DNA of 64,000 nt from Octopus sinensis (taxonomy: Eukaryota): assembly GCF_006345805.1 (NCBI RefSeq), contig NC_042999.1, forward strand, positions 44,392,001-44,456,000, given 5' to 3'. The position numbers and the translations under genes were made by a program. Within the stretch, counting starts at the first letter, position 1; every line of letters begins with the position of its first letter. Positions 59,406 through 64,000 of this stretch are shown here, in pieces. The notes under the pieces are model-generated. The model made no database searches and was not told the origin of the DNA. It saw only the letters and a list, made by a program, of their open reading frames with translations.

Positions 59406-61873
59406 GGGAGGCGGACATTCTAAGTTCAAATTCCGCTGAGGTTGACTTTGCCTTTCAGGGTTGATGAAATAAGTACCAGTCATGCACCAGGGTCAATAAT
59501 GTACTTGACTAGTTCCCTCCCTCCAAATTTCAGGCCTTGTGCCTGCAGTAGTAAAGATTATTATTATTATTATTATCATTTTTATTATAGGGAAACCAGC
59601 TGCATCAGTGATCATTATAGGTCCTCCCAGGTGAGATGACAGCAATTAATATAGTTTAAACTTTTGTAAGAAAAGCATGGATAGGCAGAAGTAAAAGAGT
59701 TTATTAGGTAGAGATGGTATGCAGCAGGATGCTAGCCATAAGGGCAAAAGACATTATAGTAGCAGAAGACAGAGTGACTAAACAATATATCAGTGGGCCA
59801 TTGTTGGAGCATAGTGTAAAATATTTGTCAATCAGCCATTTGGCTTTTTCCCACCATTGTCCAGAACGCTTGCATGCGTAGCAGGTCTGTTAGAGATAAA
59901 CGAGCAGTATTCTAGGGTGGATGGTGATTGACCTTTGTAAAGCAATCAGACGTTGCTCAAGGTTTATCTGTTACTTTCTATCATTCGACTGTGGTCATAT
60001 TGGTGCACTGCCTTGAAGGGTTGAGTCAAACAAATCAACCCATGAACTTAATTTTTTTTTTAATTTTAAAGTCTTTGGTGCTTATTCTATCACTCTCTTG
60101 CTAAATTGCTAAGTTACAAGGTATAAACAAACTGACACTGGTTGTCAAGGTGGTGTGTATATGTGTAAACAAATGTGATGTGCTTCCACAGTTTCTATCT
60201 GCCAAATTCACTCACAAAGCATTGGTCAGCCTGGGGTTATAGAAGAACACATTTGTGTAAGGTGTTGCACAGTGGGACTGAACCTGAAAGCACATGGTTG
60301 CAAAATTAACCTCTTAACCAACCAGCTAGACCTGCACCTTAAAGTACTTCTACCACCCACTGAACAGGAATGGTACTCTTCAAAATGTGATGTTGGAAAA
60401 ATTACAAGTGCAATATCAACAATGGGTCTTCAGAGTTTGCAAAGTAAGAAATCAGCATCTGTGGTATTTTTGAGAGCTTTAGATGTATTTTGTACATGAG
60501 TAAAGGAGATAAATTGAAAGTTCTTTATATGTGAGACGTTTAAAAACGAGGATGCATTTAACAGCAGTCCAAACAGTTTATGAAAACTGAAAGAAAAACC
60601 TACTGCAGGTCCTGTACATTCATGCAGAACTACATTGCATGCCAAACAGAAGCTTCCTATCAACTGACATATATAAAAGGATAGAGGAGCTTTTGTTAAG
60701 GTTTAAGCTCTATATCAAACCTGTTTGACCAGATCTGTTATAAAAATTTTTCCAAGCATGCTCATCTTTTTTAAGTGTATGATGAATTACATTATATAAT
60801 GCACCCATCTTCAGTTTACAGTGGTAAAAAAAAAAGTGTTTATGCACAAGCAAATATGATTTGCCAGCATGTAGATTACTTTTGATAATTGTTTTAGGCA
60901 TTGTATGAAGTTGCAAGCAGATAAACACATCTGTCTTCCGAGACCATATAAAATGTGACAGCTGGAAGAAACAAGGCTATACTACCATTTGGCTGGTACT
61001 CATTTCATCTGAGCTGACTGGAGCACTGTGAAATTAAGTATCTGGTTCAAGGGCACAATTTGCCACTTGATACAGGGATTGAATCCACAACCTTCTGACT
61101 GTGAGCCCAACACTAACACTATACTATGTACCTTTACTAAAATGGCAGGGTGTGATAAAAAGGGTATTTAGCTGTTATTTCTAGCAAGAGGATTGATTGC
61201 ATTGAGACTATCTCATTGCCATGACTAATTCACCATCAAAACCACTGCCAAAGTTAATTAGGCAACTAAGCTAAGAGAATTACCTTTTTACATCTAGTAA
61301 GTTACCTTGGCATCTGAGACCTCATTTCATAAGTGGTGGACTTACTGTTAACTATTCCTACATGGGTCACATTTGAAAATGTGGTTTACTGTTAATCTGC
61401 TACAAGTCCCACATGATTATGTACCCATTACTTGTGGTAAAAACCACAATCTAAGACATCGTGATAAAAACCTTTGAATTAATGAAAGTATTATTGTATC
61501 TTATAACAGAGTTAACTAAGTTCCAGAAAACTACTATGGCTATTTATATCAATATGAAAGAGGCCATCAGTTTCTACACTATGTAATCAAAATATTCTAC
61601 TTCAGGGAGATTTGGCTACAAGTTTCAGCAGACTAAATGGCCATGCCAAAGCTCCCTTGGTTCATTGTAGTCTACTGTAATTATTATTACTGTTTTGACT
61701 CCAGCCTGTTATACCAAATATTTGTCACCAGCTGTGACTTTTTTTTTTAAACAAAAAATAACGAAACATCAGAATAATTGCCCCTTTTACTTTTGTTTTC
61801 TTTCAGCTGCTGCAAAATTAATTTTTGATTCTTTGTTTAGACATGCTATCTCTACGTTGTTCAATTTATTTGT

Positions 61874-61904
<31 letters not shown>

Positions 61905-61930
61905 TGATGTATGTATGTATGTACGTATAT

Positions 61931-62236
61931 GGAGGCGCAATGGCCCAGTGGTTAGGGCAGCGGATTCGCAGTCGTAGGATCGCTGTTTCGATCCCCAGAC
62001 TGGGCGCTGTGGGTGTTTATTTTGCGAAAACACCTAATTCTCCACGAGGCTCCGGCAGGGGGTGGTGGCGATCCCTGCTGTACTCTTTCGCCACAACTTT
62101 CTCTCACTCTTTCTTCTGTTGGCCTGCTCGCTTAGCCAGCGGGGTGGCATCATTTGAAGGCTAAAACAATGCGAAGCGCATTGTGACCAGCGATGTGTAA
62201 CAACATCTGATAGCCGGGTCGGTCACGGTGATCACG

Positions 62237-62239
<3 letters not shown>
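61931..62239 (+). mobile_element. tRNA-derived SINE family C (other copies 20733-21041 +, 23724-23915 +, 46345-46585 -, 53351-53510 +)
   Basis: A box tggcccagtgg, B box gtttcgatccc, shared body, (atcacggtg)n tail. Confidence 0.9.
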
Positions 62240-62272
<33 letters not shown>

Positions 62273-62282
62273 CATCATTTAA

Positions 62283-62504
62283 CCCTTTCGTTACAAACCC
62301 GGCTGAAACCAGCTCTGGCTCTGTAGTACAGATGTCTAGTTTTCATAAGTTTTGAATTAAAATCTTCCACCAAACCTTTGTCACAATTAATGCTCCTAAT
62401 ACTAGCTTAATGATAACTAAGTTATTTTACTAAATCCTTTGTTAGATTTAAAATTAATTGAAGGAAACATGGAGCATCTCAAAATAAATACAGTAATGAA
62501 AGGG
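62283..62504 (+). mobile_element. piggyBac-like TTAA MITE (same family as 48740-48960)
   Basis: TTAA|ccctttcgttac...gtaatgaaaggg|TTAA. Confidence 0.88.
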
Positions 62505-63099
62505 TTAATGTTCATCTTTCATGCTGGCATGGATTAGATAGTCTAACAGGAACTGGCAAGGCAGGGGACACTGTGTTTTGGTATGGTTTTTTATAGCTGG
62601 ATGCCCTTCCTAACACCAACCACTTGTGGATTTGAAAGATAAATTACTGGTTGTTGCCAGCCCCATCTGGCACCTGTGCAAGTGGCACGTAAAAAGCACT
62701 CACTACACTCACGGAGTGGTTGGCGTTAGGAAGGGCATCCAGCTGTAGAAACACTGCCAGATCAGACTGGGCCTGGTGCAGCCTTCTGGCTTCCCAGACC
62801 TCAGTCCAACCCACGGACGTTAAACGATGATGATGATAATTAGCAACTACAGAAAGAATGGTACCAATGCTTAAATAAGCAAAGTCCACACTGTTGGCAA
62901 ATCAACAGTGTATAAAAAAAATACTATTAAGGACATGAAGCTTTATAAAGAACTGGAACAAACAGCTTGCTTCATCACTGGATTACTAAACAAGAAACTG
63001 AGCCATTCTAATGACTGAAATGAAATCAATATAGGTTTCAATTGAAGATTGCAGTTAGCCATGCATTTTAGGTTAAATGTCCATCAAAATGAAGGCCAT

Positions 63100-63800
63100 T
63101 TATCTGCAACATTGCATTGAAACTCAAGGGAAAAACTAATGAAATATATTCTGAAAGTTTGGAGTCATTCAACATGGTTAGAAAATAGATCTGGAATTCT
63201 TAATAGTGTTGTAAGGGTAAGCGTGTAGATAAGATTATAACAGCCTAGTAGCAAGATATCCATTCAAATTTTAAGATTATTGAAACTGGTGGTTATGTTC
63301 AAGAACAAATTATAAAAAAAAAAAAATCGATGAAACAGGATCATTTTGGAAATGAATACCTAGTAAAACAATGAAAATATAAAAAAGAAAAGCAACTGAA
63401 TTTCAAAGAAGGAAATAATTATCTAATATTCTTGATGGGTGAAAGTATTGAAGATTTAAAATGATCTGTCATTCAGAAAATCCATGTGCCTTTAAAGGGT
63501 TCAGCAAGTATCTTCTACCAGTTTATTAGAAATTCAATAGAAAAGATTACAAAATCTTCCTTTGGAAATTTGTTTAAGAGTTGTTTCTGTTCTGAGGTTA
63601 AAAGATAATGGCATCTCAAGCCAAAATGTTATGATTGCAATTTTACTACTTAACATCAGGGTTACAGCCAACAGACTAAGAGCAATAATATTCAAGGTCT
63701 ATAAAGCAAAACACTTTTGTACAGGTTTTTGAGAAAACAAGAGAAGATTAATAATAACACAAACTTTTGGAAGAATTTTAACAAAGAATGCATAAGAAAA
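63100..63800 (+). mobile_element. pogo/Tigger-like transposase fossil
   Basis: DETGSFWK.IPSKT and HSENPCAFKG...LLPVY remnants with many stops. Confidence 0.55.
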
Positions 63801-64000
63801 TATTAAATGTAGCTACTCTACAGCAAGAAATGTTTTTTTTCTGGCCCTTTTATCTCATACTTCACCTCTGTCTATTCGTTATTTAGCATAAAGTTTCCCA
63901 CTTTGGGGTTTCTAGTTATGCAAACTGCATGGCGACCTCATCAATGCTAGTGGCATGAAAAGGAAAAGGCATCCAGTACATGCTATAATGTGGTTTGCAT

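Noticed and set aside
61931-62005. tRNA gene-like sequences (also at 20733, 23724, 43001, 53351)
   Set aside because: A/B boxes are present, but each continues into a shared SINE body and lacks a clean acceptor stem; these are SINE heads, not tRNA genes.

Overview
AT-rich, repeat-dense eukaryotic genomic DNA. The SINE, LINE and MITE families look like those of a coleoid cephalopod, probably Octopus; this is inferred from recalled repeat families, not from a search. I reconstructed two spliced minus-strand genes by hand from GT-AG boundaries and reading-frame phase. (1) The 5' part of a TRPA1-like ankyrin-repeat channel gene: 7 phase-compatible coding exons from ATG 32021 to 3520, continuing beyond the window start, plus a candidate 6-nt microexon at 4198-4203. 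(2) The last three coding exons (52178-48350) of an unusual protein: chromodomain, then an RS-rich/CDK-site/acidic linker, then one C-terminal transmembrane helix. This architecture suggests an inner-nuclear-membrane heterochromatin tether and is the most interesting item here. The rest is mobile DNA: a 5'-truncated R4/Dong-type RLE LINE in a (TAA)n microsatellite, RTE LINE fragments and many copies of their 3' UTR, a Penelope-like RT fragment, Tc1, mariner, DD41D and pogo/Tigger fossils, a Helitron, TTAA/hAT/pogo MITEs and at least four tRNA-derived SINE families. Non-coding RNA structure is notable: an intact-core minimal hammerhead ribozyme motif on the sense strand of the chromodomain-gene intron, a head-to-head tRNA-SINE dimer with hammerhead remnants and a 14-bp TSD, and several near-perfect intronic foldbacks that could be ADAR substrates. 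Repeat boundaries were read by eye and are approximate unless TIRs or TSDs are quoted.
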